Positions 1-10,582 of a DNA stretch of 58,090 nucleotides are shown in pieces. The translations under genes were made by a program, and so were the position numbers. Source of the DNA: an uncultured Granulosicoccaceae bacterium. Lineage in GTDB: Bacteria > Pseudomonadota > Gammaproteobacteria > Granulosicoccales > Granulosicoccaceae. The first letter of the stretch is position 1, and every line of letters starts with the position of its first letter. Under the pieces are notes generated by a model. The model saw nothing but the letters and a program-made list of their open reading frames with translations, ran no database searches and was not told where the DNA came from. The stretch covers positions 1 through 58,090 of the forward strand of contig CALGJU010000156.1 in assembly GCA_937928685.1 (NCBI GenBank), in the 5' to 3' direction.

Positions 1-181
1 ACAGGGAGATTCGCCCATTTACTACTTCGCACATTTTTTGACAGGGTGGTTTATACTCTTCGGTTACTAACAGCACCACCGCCATTGCCTCGAGCTCGCC
101 CACCAAAGCGGCCTATTTGCGCTATCTTTACCACTACTTAATCCCCCCCGCCACAAGCGATTCAAACATAAGAGGGCTATC

Positions 182-2839
182 ATGCGAGAACTTCAAGACT
201 CCGATCCACAGGAGACACGTGAATGGCTCGACGCACTAGACGCGATCCTTGAGCACGAAGGCCCGGAGCGTGCGCACTATATTCTTGAAGCACTGATAGA
301 TCAGTCGCGCCGATCAGGCACGAATCTGCCCTACAGCGCATCGACTGCCTATATCAATACGATACCGCCACACCTTGAAGCAGTCAGCCCCGGTAATCAC
401 GAGTACGAACATCAGCTGCGGTCGATGATCCGCTGGAACGCTACTGCGATGGTGCTGCGCGCCAATCAGGATGGTTCGAATCTTGGCGGGCATATCTCAA
501 GCTTCGCATCAGCGGCAACCCTTTATGATGTCGGTTTTAATCATTTTTTCAGGGCACCCGGTCCAGACAGCGGCGGTGATCTGGTCTTTATTCAAGGACA
601 CTCGGCGCCAGGCATCTATGCGCGAGCCTTTCTGGAAGGAAGACTGACAGCACAGGACCTGGATGGGTTTAGACGCGAAGTTGATGGCAACGGTTTGTCG
701 TCTTACCCTCACCCTTATTTAATGCCTGACTTCTGGCAGTTTCCCACGGTGTCGATGGGCTTAACTTCAATCACTGCAATTTACCAGGCGCGGTTCATGA
801 AGTACCTGCATGATCGCAGCATCACAAAAACGGACAACCGACAGGTGTGGGCGTTTATGGGTGATGGTGAAATGGATGAGCCTGAATCACTCGGCGCGAT
901 CTCACTCGCCGGAAGAGAAAAACTCGATAACTTAACCTTCGTTATCAACTGCAACCTGCAACGACTCGACGGACCCGTACGCGGCAACGGCAAAATTATT
1001 CAGGAACTTGAAGGCGTATTCCGCGGTGCTGGCTGGAACGTGATTAAAGTGATCTGGGGTTCATACTGGGATCCGTTATTAGCCAAAGATCACGATGGCA
1101 AATTAAAGCAGCTGATGCTCGAAACGGTTGACGGTGAATATCAGAATTTCAAAGCCAAAGATGGCGCTTACACAAGAGAAAAGTTTTTCGGCAAGCATCC
1201 GGAAACCGCAAAAATGGTCGCGAAGTTATCAGACGAAGATATCTGGCGCTTGAACCGGGGCGGGCATGATCCGCATAAAATCTATGCAGCCTACCATGCA
1301 GCTACACATCACAAAGGCCAACCCACCGTCATATTAATGAAGACAGTTAAAGGCTATGGCATGGGTGAATCAGGTGAAGGCACCAACTCTACTCACCAGC
1401 AGAAAAAGATGGCACTGGAATCACTGCGCAATATGCGTGATCGATTCAATATCCCGCTGAGCGACGAGCAGGTCGAAAATTTAGAGTACTGCAAACCGGA
1501 AGAGAACAGTGAGCTTTCAAACTATCTGATTGAACGTCGTACCGAGCTCGGAGGCTTTCTACCGCAGCGACAAAAATTTGCAGCACCACTTGAAATACCA
1601 CCACTATCTGTATTCGAACCATTGTTAAAAGACTCCGGTGACAGAGAACTTTCTACCACCATGGCTTTTGTCAGAATGCTCACGATACTGACCAGAGATA
1701 AAAAGATAGGTGCCAACATCGTGCCTATCGTACCGGATGAAGCACGTACGTTCGGTATGGACGGCATGTTCAGACAGCTGGGCATCTACTCTTCGGTCGG
1801 CCAACTCTACACGCCCGAAGATCGCGATCAGGTGATGTTTTACAAAGAAGACAAGACCGGTCAAATTCTTGAAGAAGGCATCACTGAAGCCGGTGGTATG
1901 TCTTCATGGATTGCCGCCGCCACCGCATACAGTACGCATGGTGTGAACATGATTCCGTTCTTTGTCTACTACTCCATGTTCGGTTTCCAACGCATCGGTG
2001 ATCTCGCATGGGCGGCAGGTGATATGCGATCGCGTGGCTTTATGATTGGTGGCACCGCCGGTCGTACCACACTGAACGGCGAAGGCCTGCAACACGAAGA
2101 CGGCCACAGCCATGTGCTGGCAAGCACAATACCCAACTGCATTTGCTATGACCCCTGCTACGCCTACGAGATGGCGGTGATCATTCACGACGGCATGATA
2201 CGCATGATGCAAAATCAGGAAGATGTGTATTACTACATCACGGCGATGAATGAAAACTATCACCAACCGGCAATGCCCGAAGGCGTCGAAAAAGGCATCA
2301 CTCGCGGCATGTATCAACTTAGTAGTACAGCCGACAATGCCACTCATCGCGTCAACCTGCTCGGCTCAGGCGTTATCTTAAGAGAGGCTATCGCTGCGGC
2401 AGACATGTTAGCCAGCGACTGGAATATCGGTTCAGATATTTGGAGCGTCACAAGCTTCACAGAATTGCGTCGAGACGGCTTAGAAGCAGCCCGCTGGAAC
2501 AACCTTAACCCGCAAGCCACACAGAAAATTCCGTATGTCACGGAACTGTTGCAAAACCACCCGCATCCCGTGGTTGCCACCAGTGACTACATGAAAGCAC
2601 TGCCCGATGGCATAAGAGAATTCATCAAAGCCCCTTACAAAGTACTGGGTACTGATGGTTTCGGTCGATCCGATACACGAGAAAAGCTCAGAGATTTTTT
2701 TGAAGTTGATCGCCGCTACATTGTTATTACTGCACTCAACGCCTTACGTGAAGAGGGCAAGGTTGAAGCAAGTGTGGTGAATGAGGCAATTGCAAAGTAT
2801 GGCATTGACCAAAACAAATCTAATCCTGTCGCAAGCTAA
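182..2839 (+). CDS. aceE: Pyruvate dehydrogenase E1 component (homodimeric type)
   Basis: 885-aa ORF with a ThDP-binding region (GDGEMDEPES ... NCNLQRLDG). It is full length for AceE and is followed directly by E2 and E3 genes. Confidence 0.95.
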   Translation: MRELQDSDPQETREWLDALDAILEHEGPERAHYILEALIDQSRRSGTNLPYSASTAYINTIPPHLEAVSPGNHEYEHQLRSMIRWNATAMVLRANQDGSNLGGHISSFASAATLYDVGFNHFFRAPGPDSGGDLVFIQGHSAPGIYARAFLEGRLTAQDLDGFRREVDGNGLSSYPHPYLMPDFWQFPTVSMGLTSITAIYQARFMKYLHDRSITKTDNRQVWAFMGDGEMDEPESLGAISLAGREKLDNLTFVINCNLQRLDGPVRGNGKIIQELEGVFRGAGWNVIKVIWGSYWDPLLAKDHDGKLKQLMLETVDGEYQNFKAKDGAYTREKFFGKHPETAKMVAKLSDEDIWRLNRGGHDPHKIYAAYHAATHHKGQPTVILMKTVKGYGMGESGEGTNSTHQQKKMALESLRNMRDRFNIPLSDEQVENLEYCKPEENSELSNYLIERRTELGGFLPQRQKFAAPLEIPPLSVFEPLLKDSGDRELSTTMAFVRMLTILTRDKKIGANIVPIVPDEARTFGMDGMFRQLGIYSSVGQLYTPEDRDQVMFYKEDKTGQILEEGITEAGGMSSWIAAATAYSTHGVNMIPFFVYYSMFGFQRIGDLAWAAGDMRSRGFMIGGTAGRTTLNGEGLQHEDGHSHVLASTIPNCICYDPCYAYEMAVIIHDGMIRMMQNQEDVYYYITAMNENYHQPAMPEGVEKGITRGMYQLSSTADNATHRVNLLGSGVILREAIAAADMLASDWNIGSDIWSVTSFTELRRDGLEAARWNNLNPQATQKIPYVTELLQNHPHPVVATSDYMKALPDGIREFIKAPYKVLGTDGFGRSDTREKLRDFFEVDRRYIVITALNALREEGKVEASVVNEAIAKYGIDQNKSNPVAS

Positions 2840-2852
2840 CCCGGGGAAGAAC

Positions 2853-4469
2853 ATGGCAGCATCCATAGACATCCGCGTACCGGATATAGGCGAATACGAT
2901 AGCGTTGAAATTATCGAAGTATTGGTAGCGCAAGGCGAGAGCGTTGTGGCTGAGCAGTCTTTAATCACACTTGAAAGTGATAAAGCCAGCATGGAGATAC
3001 CCTCAACACACGCTGGCACCATCACAGAACTTGTAGTGAATGTTGGTGACAAGTTAAAAGAAGGTGATCTGATCGCACGTGTAACTTCAGAAGCACCAGC
3101 TGAAGCACAGGAAAAGCCAACGGCAACCGAATCGCAAACCACACAGGCAGCTTCCGCTGGTAGCGCCAACGTCGGTCGTGTGATTGTTCCGGAAATTGGT
3201 GATTTTGAAGAAATTGAAGTGATCGAAGTGCTGGTCAACGTCGGTGACGTCGTCGAACTTGATCAGTCTTTGATAACGCTCGAAAGCGACAAAGCGAGCA
3301 TGGAAATTCCCTCTAGCATCGCGGGAAAAATCACTTCCATGGCCGTGTCTGTAGGTGACAAGCTTTCCCAGGGCGCGTTGATTGCTGAGATTGAAGGCTC
3401 CGCCGCCACCGCGGAAACGCCAGCCAAAGCAGCACCTCAGCCAGCGGAGAGTGAAACAGCGACTGCTTCCAACCCTGTCACAACAGCTCCGGTGGCCAAT
3501 AAGCCACAATCGAAAACATCACCAACACAAAAGCTTGCTGATGAATCTTATCGCAAAGCACATGCAAGCCCCGCGGTGAGAAAATTCGCCAGACAACTGG
3601 GCGTCGATCTTAGTCTGATAACGGGCAGTGGCCGTAAGAACCGAATTCTAAAAGACGATGTGCAGGAGTTCGTTAAGTCTGCCATGTCATCGGCGGGCAG
3701 CAATTACGGTGGCGCAGGCCACGCAGGTGCCGGAATTCCCTCTATCCCTGAAGTTGATTTCAGCAAATTCGGCGAAGTCGAGCGGGTTGAGATGACACGT
3801 ATCAACGTGCTCACGTCAGAGAACCTGCATCGCGCCTGGCTTAACTTGCCCATGGTCACTCACCATGATGACGCAGATATCACTGAGACAGAAGCCTTTC
3901 GACAGTCCATTAAAAAGGAAGCTGCCGATCAAGGTGTACGGGTAACGGGATTGGTATTTCATATCAAAGCTCTGACAGCGGCACTCAAACAATTCCCGCG
4001 CTTTAACTCATCACTATCAGCCGACGGGCAGTCTTTATTCTATAAAAAATATTTCAATATAGGCATCGCCGTAGACACACCTAACGGATTAGTGGTGCCG
4101 GTACTTAAAGACACCGACAAGAAGAGCATCTATGAGCTCTCTGAAGAGATGACTGATCTCAGCACCCGTGCACGAGACAAAAAACTCAAACCTTCCGAGA
4201 TGCAGGGCGCGAGCATGACTATCTCAAGCCTTGGCGGTATTGGAGGCAATGGCTTCACACCGATAGTCAACCCGCCGGAGGTGGCCATATTGGGTATTAC
4301 CAGAGCCAAAATGCAACCCGTCTGGAACGGGGAGGACTTCACCCCACGCCTGATGTGCCCACTTGATCTTACTTATGATCATAGAGTCATTGATGGTGCA
4401 GATGGCGCACGCTTTATGGCGCACTATTGCAAGGTGATTGGCGATATACGCAAGATGCTGCTCTACTAA
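2853..4469 (+). CDS. aceF: Dihydrolipoamide acetyltransferase (PDH E2) with two lipoyl domains
   Basis: Two lipoyl-attachment motifs (LESDKASMEIPS twice), Ala/Pro linkers, a subunit-binding domain (ASPAVRKFARQLGVDL) and the catalytic DHRVIDGA motif. I chose the ATG at 2853, which is preceded by GGGGAAGA. The track start at 2781 overlaps the end of aceE. Confidence 0.93.
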   Translation: MAASIDIRVPDIGEYDSVEIIEVLVAQGESVVAEQSLITLESDKASMEIPSTHAGTITELVVNVGDKLKEGDLIARVTSEAPAEAQEKPTATESQTTQAASAGSANVGRVIVPEIGDFEEIEVIEVLVNVGDVVELDQSLITLESDKASMEIPSSIAGKITSMAVSVGDKLSQGALIAEIEGSAATAETPAKAAPQPAESETATASNPVTTAPVANKPQSKTSPTQKLADESYRKAHASPAVRKFARQLGVDLSLITGSGRKNRILKDDVQEFVKSAMSSAGSNYGGAGHAGAGIPSIPEVDFSKFGEVERVEMTRINVLTSENLHRAWLNLPMVTHHDDADITETEAFRQSIKKEAADQGVRVTGLVFHIKALTAALKQFPRFNSSLSADGQSLFYKKYFNIGIAVDTPNGLVVPVLKDTDKKSIYELSEEMTDLSTRARDKKLKPSEMQGASMTISSLGGIGGNGFTPIVNPPEVAILGITRAKMQPVWNGEDFTPRLMCPLDLTYDHRVIDGADGARFMAHYCKVIGDIRKMLLY

Positions 4470-4525
4470 CACATTCAGCAGCTACCAGTTTACAACTTCT
4501 GGCTTTGCTCCCTCATCACCATTTT

Positions 4526-4551
4526 AAAAGCGCTTACAAGCAAGCGCTTTT
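4526..4551 (+). terminator. Hairpin between aceF and lpd (possible partial terminator or attenuator)
   Basis: AAAAGCGCTT-ACAAGC-AAGCGCTTTT forms a 10-bp stem and is followed by AATTTG. Confidence 0.4.
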
Positions 4552-4591
4552 AATTTGATTAAGTACTACCAGTTAATCACGGAGACAACAC

Positions 4592-6298
4592 GTGGATAAT
4601 CTCGTAACGATTACAGTACCCGATATTGGCGACTTTGACGATGTCGAAATCATCGAGCTGCTGGTGCATGTTGGAGACAACATCAACGTGGACGATTCGC
4701 TGCTTACCGTCGAAAGCGACAAAGCCAGCATGGAAATCCCCTCACCTGCACGTGGCGAAGTCAGTGAAATACTGGTATCCATCGGGGATCGAATCGCCAA
4801 AGGCACACCGATAGCCATCATAGCCGCTGAAGAGACTGTAGAAAAAGCGGCCGAGCAAACCACAACCCCCATAGAAAGCACTCAAACATCGGGCAGTCAA
4901 TACGATGTTGCAGTGATTGGCGCCGGACCCGGTGGCTATACTGCAGCGTTTCGTGCCGCAGATCTCGGACTATCAGTACTACTGATCGAACGCTATCCTC
5001 AACTGGGTGGCGTTTGTCTTAACGTCGGTTGCATACCTTCGAAAGCGCTACTACACACCGCCCAGGTCATAAATGAAACCCGTGACATGAAAGATCACGG
5101 CATTAGCTTTGGCGAACCGGAAATTGATCTCGACAAACTACGAGGCTTTAAAGAAAAAGTCATCGGCCAACTCACTACCGGCTTAAAAGGCCTTGCCAAA
5201 CAACGAAGCGTAGAAGTCGCTCACGGCGCTGCAAAATTTTTGTCTTCAAACCAAATTGAAATTGACGATCAAGGCGCTACGCGCACTGTTGATTTTAAAC
5301 ACGCAATCATTGCCGCAGGCTCTTCCGTGGTGCGCATTCCAGGCTTTCCTTATGACGACGACCGGCTTATAGATTCAACCGGTGCGCTGGAACTCGCAGA
5401 CATTCCCGATCGAATGTTAGTGGTTGGGGGAGGCATTATCGGACTCGAGATGAGCTGTGTTTATCAGGCACTCGGCACCAAAATAACAGTTGTCGAATTA
5501 TCCGATGACCTGATACCAGGCTGCGATCGCGATTTAGTGCGACCGTTTCAAAAACGCGTCAGCAAGCTTTTTGAGAACATCTATGTCGGCACCCGAGTGA
5601 CCACTATGGAATCCGCCGCCAATGGCATCACCGTATCTTTTGAGGGCAGCAAGGCACCGGCCACAGACACCTTTGATAAAGTATTACTGGCAGTGGGCAG
5701 ATCACCCAATGGCAAACAGCTGGCTGCAGAAAACGCCGGTGTCACTGTCGATGAACGCGGCTTCATAAAAGTAGATAAACAACAACGCACCAACGTCAAC
5801 CACATTTTTGCGATCGGCGATATTGTCGGTCAACCGATGCTGGCCCACAAAGCCACCCACGAAGGCAAAGTGGCTGCTGAAGTGATCTCCGGTAAGAAGA
5901 CTTTCTTTGATGCCAAAACCATCCCGTCAGTAGCCTACACCGATCCGGAAATCGCATGGATGGGACTGACTGAAATAGAAGCCAAAGAAAAAGGCATCGA
6001 ATACGAAAAAGGCGCTTTCCCATGGGCTGCCAGTGGGCGTGCACTGAGCATTGCCAGAACCGAAGGCATGACCAAGGTATTGGTTGACCCTGCGACCAAA
6101 AGATTACTTGGTGCCGGCATGGTGGGCACCAATGCAGGTGAATTATTGGCGGAAGCGGTTCTGGCACTGGAAATGGGCGCTGACATAGAGGATATTGCAC
6201 TCACGGTACACCCGCACCCCACACTGTCGGAAACTTTGAATTTTGCTTGTGAGGTGGCGGAAGGCACATGTACCGATATATACGCACCCAAAAACTGA
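4592..6298 (+). CDS. lpdA: Dihydrolipoyl dehydrogenase (E3) carrying an N-terminal lipoyl domain
   Basis: GTG start 6 nt after GGAGA. The N-terminal approximately 80 aa form a lipoyl domain (VESDKASMEIPS). This is followed by the FAD motif GAGPGGY, the redox disulfide CLNVGCIPSK and a C-terminal HPHPTLSE. Confidence 0.93.
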   Translation: MDNLVTITVPDIGDFDDVEIIELLVHVGDNINVDDSLLTVESDKASMEIPSPARGEVSEILVSIGDRIAKGTPIAIIAAEETVEKAAEQTTTPIESTQTSGSQYDVAVIGAGPGGYTAAFRAADLGLSVLLIERYPQLGGVCLNVGCIPSKALLHTAQVINETRDMKDHGISFGEPEIDLDKLRGFKEKVIGQLTTGLKGLAKQRSVEVAHGAAKFLSSNQIEIDDQGATRTVDFKHAIIAAGSSVVRIPGFPYDDDRLIDSTGALELADIPDRMLVVGGGIIGLEMSCVYQALGTKITVVELSDDLIPGCDRDLVRPFQKRVSKLFENIYVGTRVTTMESAANGITVSFEGSKAPATDTFDKVLLAVGRSPNGKQLAAENAGVTVDERGFIKVDKQQRTNVNHIFAIGDIVGQPMLAHKATHEGKVAAEVISGKKTFFDAKTIPSVAYTDPEIAWMGLTEIEAKEKGIEYEKGAFPWAASGRALSIARTEGMTKVLVDPATKRLLGAGMVGTNAGELLAEAVLALEMGADIEDIALTVHPHPTLSETLNFACEVAEGTCTDIYAPKN

Positions 6299-6391
6299 CC
6301 TACCAGTAAGGCGCTATTCGAAAGCTCTTTGCAACACAGCTAAGTCAGTGCAGCAGGTGGACAAAACTGATAACAAGAGTATAAGCGCCAG

Positions 6392-8680
6392 ATGGCCGAC
6401 GAACTTCGAGAAGCAGCCCTTCACTACCACCGCTATCCGAAACCCGGCAAGCTGGAAATCAGTGCGACCAAAAATATGCTTAACCAGCGCGACCTGGCGC
6501 TGGCTTACTCACCTGGTGTGGCAGCGGCCTGCGAAGCTATCGTTGAAGATAGCGCCGAAGCCGCCAATCTGACCGCACGCGGAAACCTCGTCGGTGTGAT
6601 CACCAACGGCACCGCCGTACTCGGCCTTGGCGCAATCGGACCACTGGCATCAAAGCCAGTAATGGAAGGCAAGGCGGTACTGTTTAAAAAATTCGCAGAC
6701 ATTGATGTTTTCGATCTCGAGCTTGATACCACCGATGTCGATCGCTTTGTCGATGCAGTCTCTCTGATGGAACCGTGCTTCGGAGGAATTAACCTTGAAG
6801 ATATCAAAGCTCCCGAGTGCTTCGAGATAGAACGCAGGCTTCGTGAGAAGATGAACATTCCGGTGTTCCATGATGATCAACACGGTACGGCTATTTGTGT
6901 TGCCGCAGGTATCATCAATGGGCTGAAGATCGCAGAAAAAGACATCGCTTCAGTCAAGCTGGTGTGCTCAGGTGCTGGTGCTGCCGCCCTTGCCTGCCTT
7001 GATCTATTAGTCGCCCTGGGGGCCAGCAAAGACAACATTACTGTGATCGATATTGTCGGTGTGGTTTATGTCGGGCGCACTGAACAAATGGACGAATACA
7101 AAGGCCGCTATGCCATTGAGACCGATGCTCGCAGCCTCGATGATGTCATCGGCGATGCCGATATATTCTTAGGCTTATCGGCTCCCGGGGTGTTAAAGCC
7201 CGAGAGTGTTGCACGCATGGCACCCACTCCACTGATCTTTGCCCTCGCCAACCCGACTCCCGAGATCATGCCCGAGGAAATCAGAAGCGTACGCAATGAT
7301 GCGATTATCGCCACCGGTCGCTCTGATTACCCGAACCAGGTTAACAACGTATTGTGCTTTCCTTTCCTGTTTCGCGGTGCGCTCGATGTTGGAGCAACGC
7401 AAATAAACCAGGAGATGAAAATCGCCTGCGTTGAGGCACTGTCAGAAATTGCCAAACAGGAAGTCTCGGATGTGGTCGCCGCCGCCTATGGTGATACGTC
7501 TTTTGGCTTTGGACCTGAGTATTTAATACCAAAACCCTTCGACCCACGATTAATGACTACCATACCCATGCGGGTTGCCAAAGCCGCTATGGATAGCGGC
7601 GTGGCCACCAGACCGATTAAAGACTTTGAAGAATATCGCATCAAGCTAAGTGACTTTGTATTCAAGTCCGGGTTGGTGATGAAGCCAGTATTTTCAAAAG
7701 CAATGTCTGCTCCTCAGCGTGTGGTATTTGCCGAAGGTGAATCAAGGCGGGTGATCAATGCAGTACAAGTGATTGTCGATGATGGAATCTGCAAGCCGAT
7801 ACTCATTGGTCGCACTGAGGTCATTAAACAAAACATTGAAAAGTTCAGACTGCGATTAGAGCCCGGTGTCGACTTCACAGTAATTGATCCAAACAACAAT
7901 CCTGATGAAGCACAATACGCGGAAGCCTACCTTGAACTAATGGGCCGCAGCGGCGTCACACCCGCGTACGCAAAAGCCGTAGTCAGGACTCGCGCTACAG
8001 CGTTGGCTTCATTGATGGTTAAAATGGGCACAGCAGATGCCATGATCTGCGGAACCCAGGGCGCATTTATTCGCCACCTTCGATATGTAAAAGGCATTGT
8101 CGGGCTGGAGGAAGGTGTGATCGACTGCTCGGCGGTCATTTTACTGATCTTGCATAACGGCACGTTCTTTTTAACCGACACCCACGTCACTGTTGAACCG
8201 ACCGCGGAGCAATTGGCAGAGACTTCAATGCTAGCAGCCCGTGTCGTTAATCAATTCGGCATGAAGCCAAAGATTGCGCTTATTTCACATTCAAATTTCG
8301 GCAGCAGAAATAATCGCAGCAGCCGCAAAATGCGCCGCGCCCGGGAACTCATCATCAATCGCTATCCAGAGCTACCGGTCGAAGGTGAAATGCATGCAGA
8401 CGCAGCGGTGGTGGAATCCATTCGTGACCACATATTTCCAAACTCCGCCTACCGGGGCTCTGCCAACCTGATGGTATTACCAGATCTTGATGCCGCCAAC
8501 ATTGCCTACAACATGGTCAAAGTCTTTGGTGATGGTCTGCCGGTCGGCCCCATGCTTGTCGGCCTGAGTAAACCCGCCCACGTCCTGACGGAAGCAGTCA
8601 CCGTGCGCGGTATTGTTAATATGTGTGCAGTTGCCGCCGTTGAAGCTATCGATCAGCACAAATCAGCCGAAGCTCTCTAG
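6392..8680 (+). CDS. maeB: NADP-dependent malic enzyme with C-terminal phosphotransacetylase-like domain
   Basis: 762 aa. The N-terminal malic-enzyme fold ([21 protein letters not shown]) is followed by a PTA-like C-terminal half, the typical MaeB architecture. Confidence 0.93.
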   Translation: MADELREAALHYHRYPKPGKLEISATKNMLNQRDLALAYSPGVAAACEAIVEDSAEAANLTARGNLVGVITNGTAVLGLGAIGPLASKPVMEGKAVLFKKFADIDVFDLELDTTDVDRFVDAVSLMEPCFGGINLEDIKAPECFEIERRLREKMNIPVFHDDQHGTAICVAAGIINGLKIAEKDIASVKLVCSGAGAAALACLDLLVALGASKDNITVIDIVGVVYVGRTEQMDEYKGRYAIETDARSLDDVIGDADIFLGLSAPGVLKPESVARMAPTPLIFALANPTPEIMPEEIRSVRNDAIIATGRSDYPNQVNNVLCFPFLFRGALDVGATQINQEMKIACVEALSEIAKQEVSDVVAAAYGDTSFGFGPEYLIPKPFDPRLMTTIPMRVAKAAMDSGVATRPIKDFEEYRIKLSDFVFKSGLVMKPVFSKAMSAPQRVVFAEGESRRVINAVQVIVDDGICKPILIGRTEVIKQNIEKFRLRLEPGVDFTVIDPNNNPDEAQYAEAYLELMGRSGVTPAYAKAVVRTRATALASLMVKMGTADAMICGTQGAFIRHLRYVKGIVGLEEGVIDCSAVILLILHNGTFFLTDTHVTVEPTAEQLAETSMLAARVVNQFGMKPKIALISHSNFGSRNNRSSRKMRRARELIINRYPELPVEGEMHADAAVVESIRDHIFPNSAYRGSANLMVLPDLDAANIAYNMVKVFGDGLPVGPMLVGLSKPAHVLTEAVTVRGIVNMCAVAAVEAIDQHKSAEAL

Positions 8681-8919
8681 AACCAGAATAGTCAGACCAA
8701 AAGGGGTCATATCGACTGAATCCAACCATAACTGCGAAATAGCAATCAAATCACAGTAGCATGAGTCGTAAATCAGAAATTCGGAGTCGCGCAAAAGGCA
8801 TGGGCTGCAGCACTTAGGCCCTACTCTTGCGAAGCTGGAAGAATTACAGTAGACAAGCCTTAGCGAGACTATACTCGCGCCATTACACCCCACAGATATC
8901 TTGTTCGGAGAGTTAACCG

Positions 8920-9630
8920 ATGTCAGAAGAAGAATACGACGACGAAGAAGAGATTATTCTCTCAGAACTTAGTGACGACGAACTGGTCGAGCAAATGCAC
9001 GACGATTTGTACAACGGTTTGCGCGACGAGATTGCCGAAGGCACCAACATACTGCTGGAGCGAAAATGGGGGCCTGACAAGGTACTTAACGATGCGCTGG
9101 TAGAGGGCATGCGAATTGTCGGTATCGACTTCCGTGACGGCATATTGTTTGTGCCGGAAGTGCTGATGGCCGCTAATGCCATGAAAGGCGGCATGGAAAT
9201 TTTACGCCCACTGCTTGCTGAGACCGGCGCTGAAACTATCGGCAAAATGGTTATAGGCACGGTGAAAGGCGACATCCACGATATCGGTAAAAATCTGGTG
9301 TCGATGATGATGGAAGGGGCAGGATTTGAAGTCATTGACCTTGGCATCAATAACCCGGTTGAAGACTACCTTGCAGCGCTTGAAGAGCATAAGCCGGAAA
9401 TCCTTGGTATGTCGGCGCTTCTCACCACTACCATGCCCTATATGAAAGTTGTCATTGATACGCTCAAAGAACAGGGTATCCGCGACGACTACATCGTACT
9501 GGTAGGTGGAGCCCCATTGAATGAAGAGTTCAGCGATGCAATCGGTGCAAATGCGTACTGTCGGGATGCAGCCGTAGCGGTTGAAACCGCCTCTAAGTTG
9601 ATCGCCGAACGCCGGGCAGCTGCGAGCTAA
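8920..9630 (+). CDS. Cobalamin-binding corrinoid protein (methyltransferase cognate corrinoid protein)
   Basis: Carries the B12-binding motifs DIHDIGKN (DxHxxG), SALLTTT (SxL) and LVGGAPL (GG). An N-terminal helical cap domain is preceded by a very acidic 33-aa tail (MSEEEYDDEEEIILSELSDDELVEQMHDD). The RBS is GGAGAG. Confidence 0.9.
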   Translation: MSEEEYDDEEEIILSELSDDELVEQMHDDLYNGLRDEIAEGTNILLERKWGPDKVLNDALVEGMRIVGIDFRDGILFVPEVLMAANAMKGGMEILRPLLAETGAETIGKMVIGTVKGDIHDIGKNLVSMMMEGAGFEVIDLGINNPVEDYLAALEEHKPEILGMSALLTTTMPYMKVVIDTLKEQGIRDDYIVLVGGAPLNEEFSDAIGANAYCRDAAVAVETASKLIAERRAAAS

Positions 9631-9632
9631 CC

Positions 9633-10247
9633 TTGCACGCACAGCCTGCTCTAGTAATCGCCTGCGGAGCATTGGCTCGAGAAATAACGACGTTAATTGA
9701 TATCAATCAATGGTCGCAACTGCGGGTACAGTGTGTACCCGCCAAAATCCACAACACTCCCGACAAAATTCCTGATGCCGTACGCAGCCTGATACATAAG
9801 GCGCGTGACAACTACTCGCAAATATTCATTGCCTTTGCGGACTGCGGCACAGGGGGTTTACTAGACACCGTCATTCAGGAAGAAAACGTCGAAAGATTAC
9901 CGGGCGCACACTGCTATGAGTTTCTAGCAGGTAGTGAGACATTTAAACAGATGTCGGAAGATGAGCTGGGTACTTTTTATTTAACCGACTTTCTGGCTCG
10001 CCACTTTGATCGAATCATTATCAAAGAGCTTGGTATAGCCAAACACCCCGAGTTACTTGACATGTATTTCGGCAACTACAAAAAACTTATTTATCTGGCG
10101 CAAACAGACAACCCTGAACTAATGCAAATGGCGCAGGATGCAGCATCAAGACTCAACCTAGAGTACGAGTATCGCCGCACCAATTACGGTGAGCTTGAAA
10201 GCGGACTCAAACAGTTCAACGAAAGTGTTATTCAATGGCAAAACTAA
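9633..10247 (+). CDS. DUF1638-family protein (function unknown, typically linked to corrinoid methyltransferase genes)
   Basis: 204 aa, starting 3 nt after the corrinoid gene stop with a TTG start in the track. The family assignment is from recall of DUF1638 sequence character and its usual neighbourhood. No catalytic motif was recognised. Confidence 0.65.
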   Translation: MHAQPALVIACGALAREITTLIDINQWSQLRVQCVPAKIHNTPDKIPDAVRSLIHKARDNYSQIFIAFADCGTGGLLDTVIQEENVERLPGAHCYEFLAGSETFKQMSEDELGTFYLTDFLARHFDRIIIKELGIAKHPELLDMYFGNYKKLIYLAQTDNPELMQMAQDAASRLNLEYEYRRTNYGELESGLKQFNESVIQWQN

Positions 10248-10576
10248 TCACGGTTTACTGGCGCGATATTCCGGCACAAGTCACTGCAAAGGCCGGTCGT
10301 AAAACTGCCAAAATTCAACTGACTGATCGCTTTCAGGAAGCGATAGATATGGCCGCTATGCGCGCCGGAAAAGGCGGTACAGAAGCCTACCTTGAAGACT
10401 GGCGTCGCGAGCAAAGAGAATGCTCCAACGACCTGGACATGGAGGTAGCCGCAGCCGCACAAGCCATTGAAGAACAGTTTGATCTGGCCGCACTGCAAGC
10501 AATAGTAAAGAACAAAGGCATCGCAGATAAAAGCATTGCAGATCCTGACAGTTCAACCACCAGTACTGACGAGTAA
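10235..10576 (+). CDS. Small conserved protein of unknown function (family often auto-annotated as virulence factor)
   Basis: 113 aa. Overlaps the upstream gene by 13 nt, which suggests coupled translation. The protein is hydrophilic with an acidic C-terminus. Confidence 0.55.
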   Translation: MAKLITVYWRDIPAQVTAKAGRKTAKIQLTDRFQEAIDMAAMRAGKGGTEAYLEDWRREQRECSNDLDMEVAAAAQAIEEQFDLAALQAIVKNKGIADKSIADPDSSTTSTDE

Positions 10577-10582
10577 AACCCT

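Noticed and set aside
38-57. TTGACA / TATACT pair upstream of aceE as a promoter
   Set aside because: The two hexamers are only 8 nt apart, so they cannot serve as a -35/-10 pair.
2781-2852. Track start of the E2 ORF at 2781, which would overlap the end of aceE by 59 nt
   Set aside because: The ATG at 2853 follows a purine-rich RBS and begins directly with the lipoyl-domain consensus (IDIRVPDIGE). The upstream extension has no homology-like character.
8681-8919. Possible cobalamin riboswitch upstream of the corrinoid protein gene
   Set aside because: I looked for a B12-box-like core (GCCACTG with flanking GGGAA-type elements) and paired flanks, and saw none. A covariance-model scan would be needed for a definitive negative.
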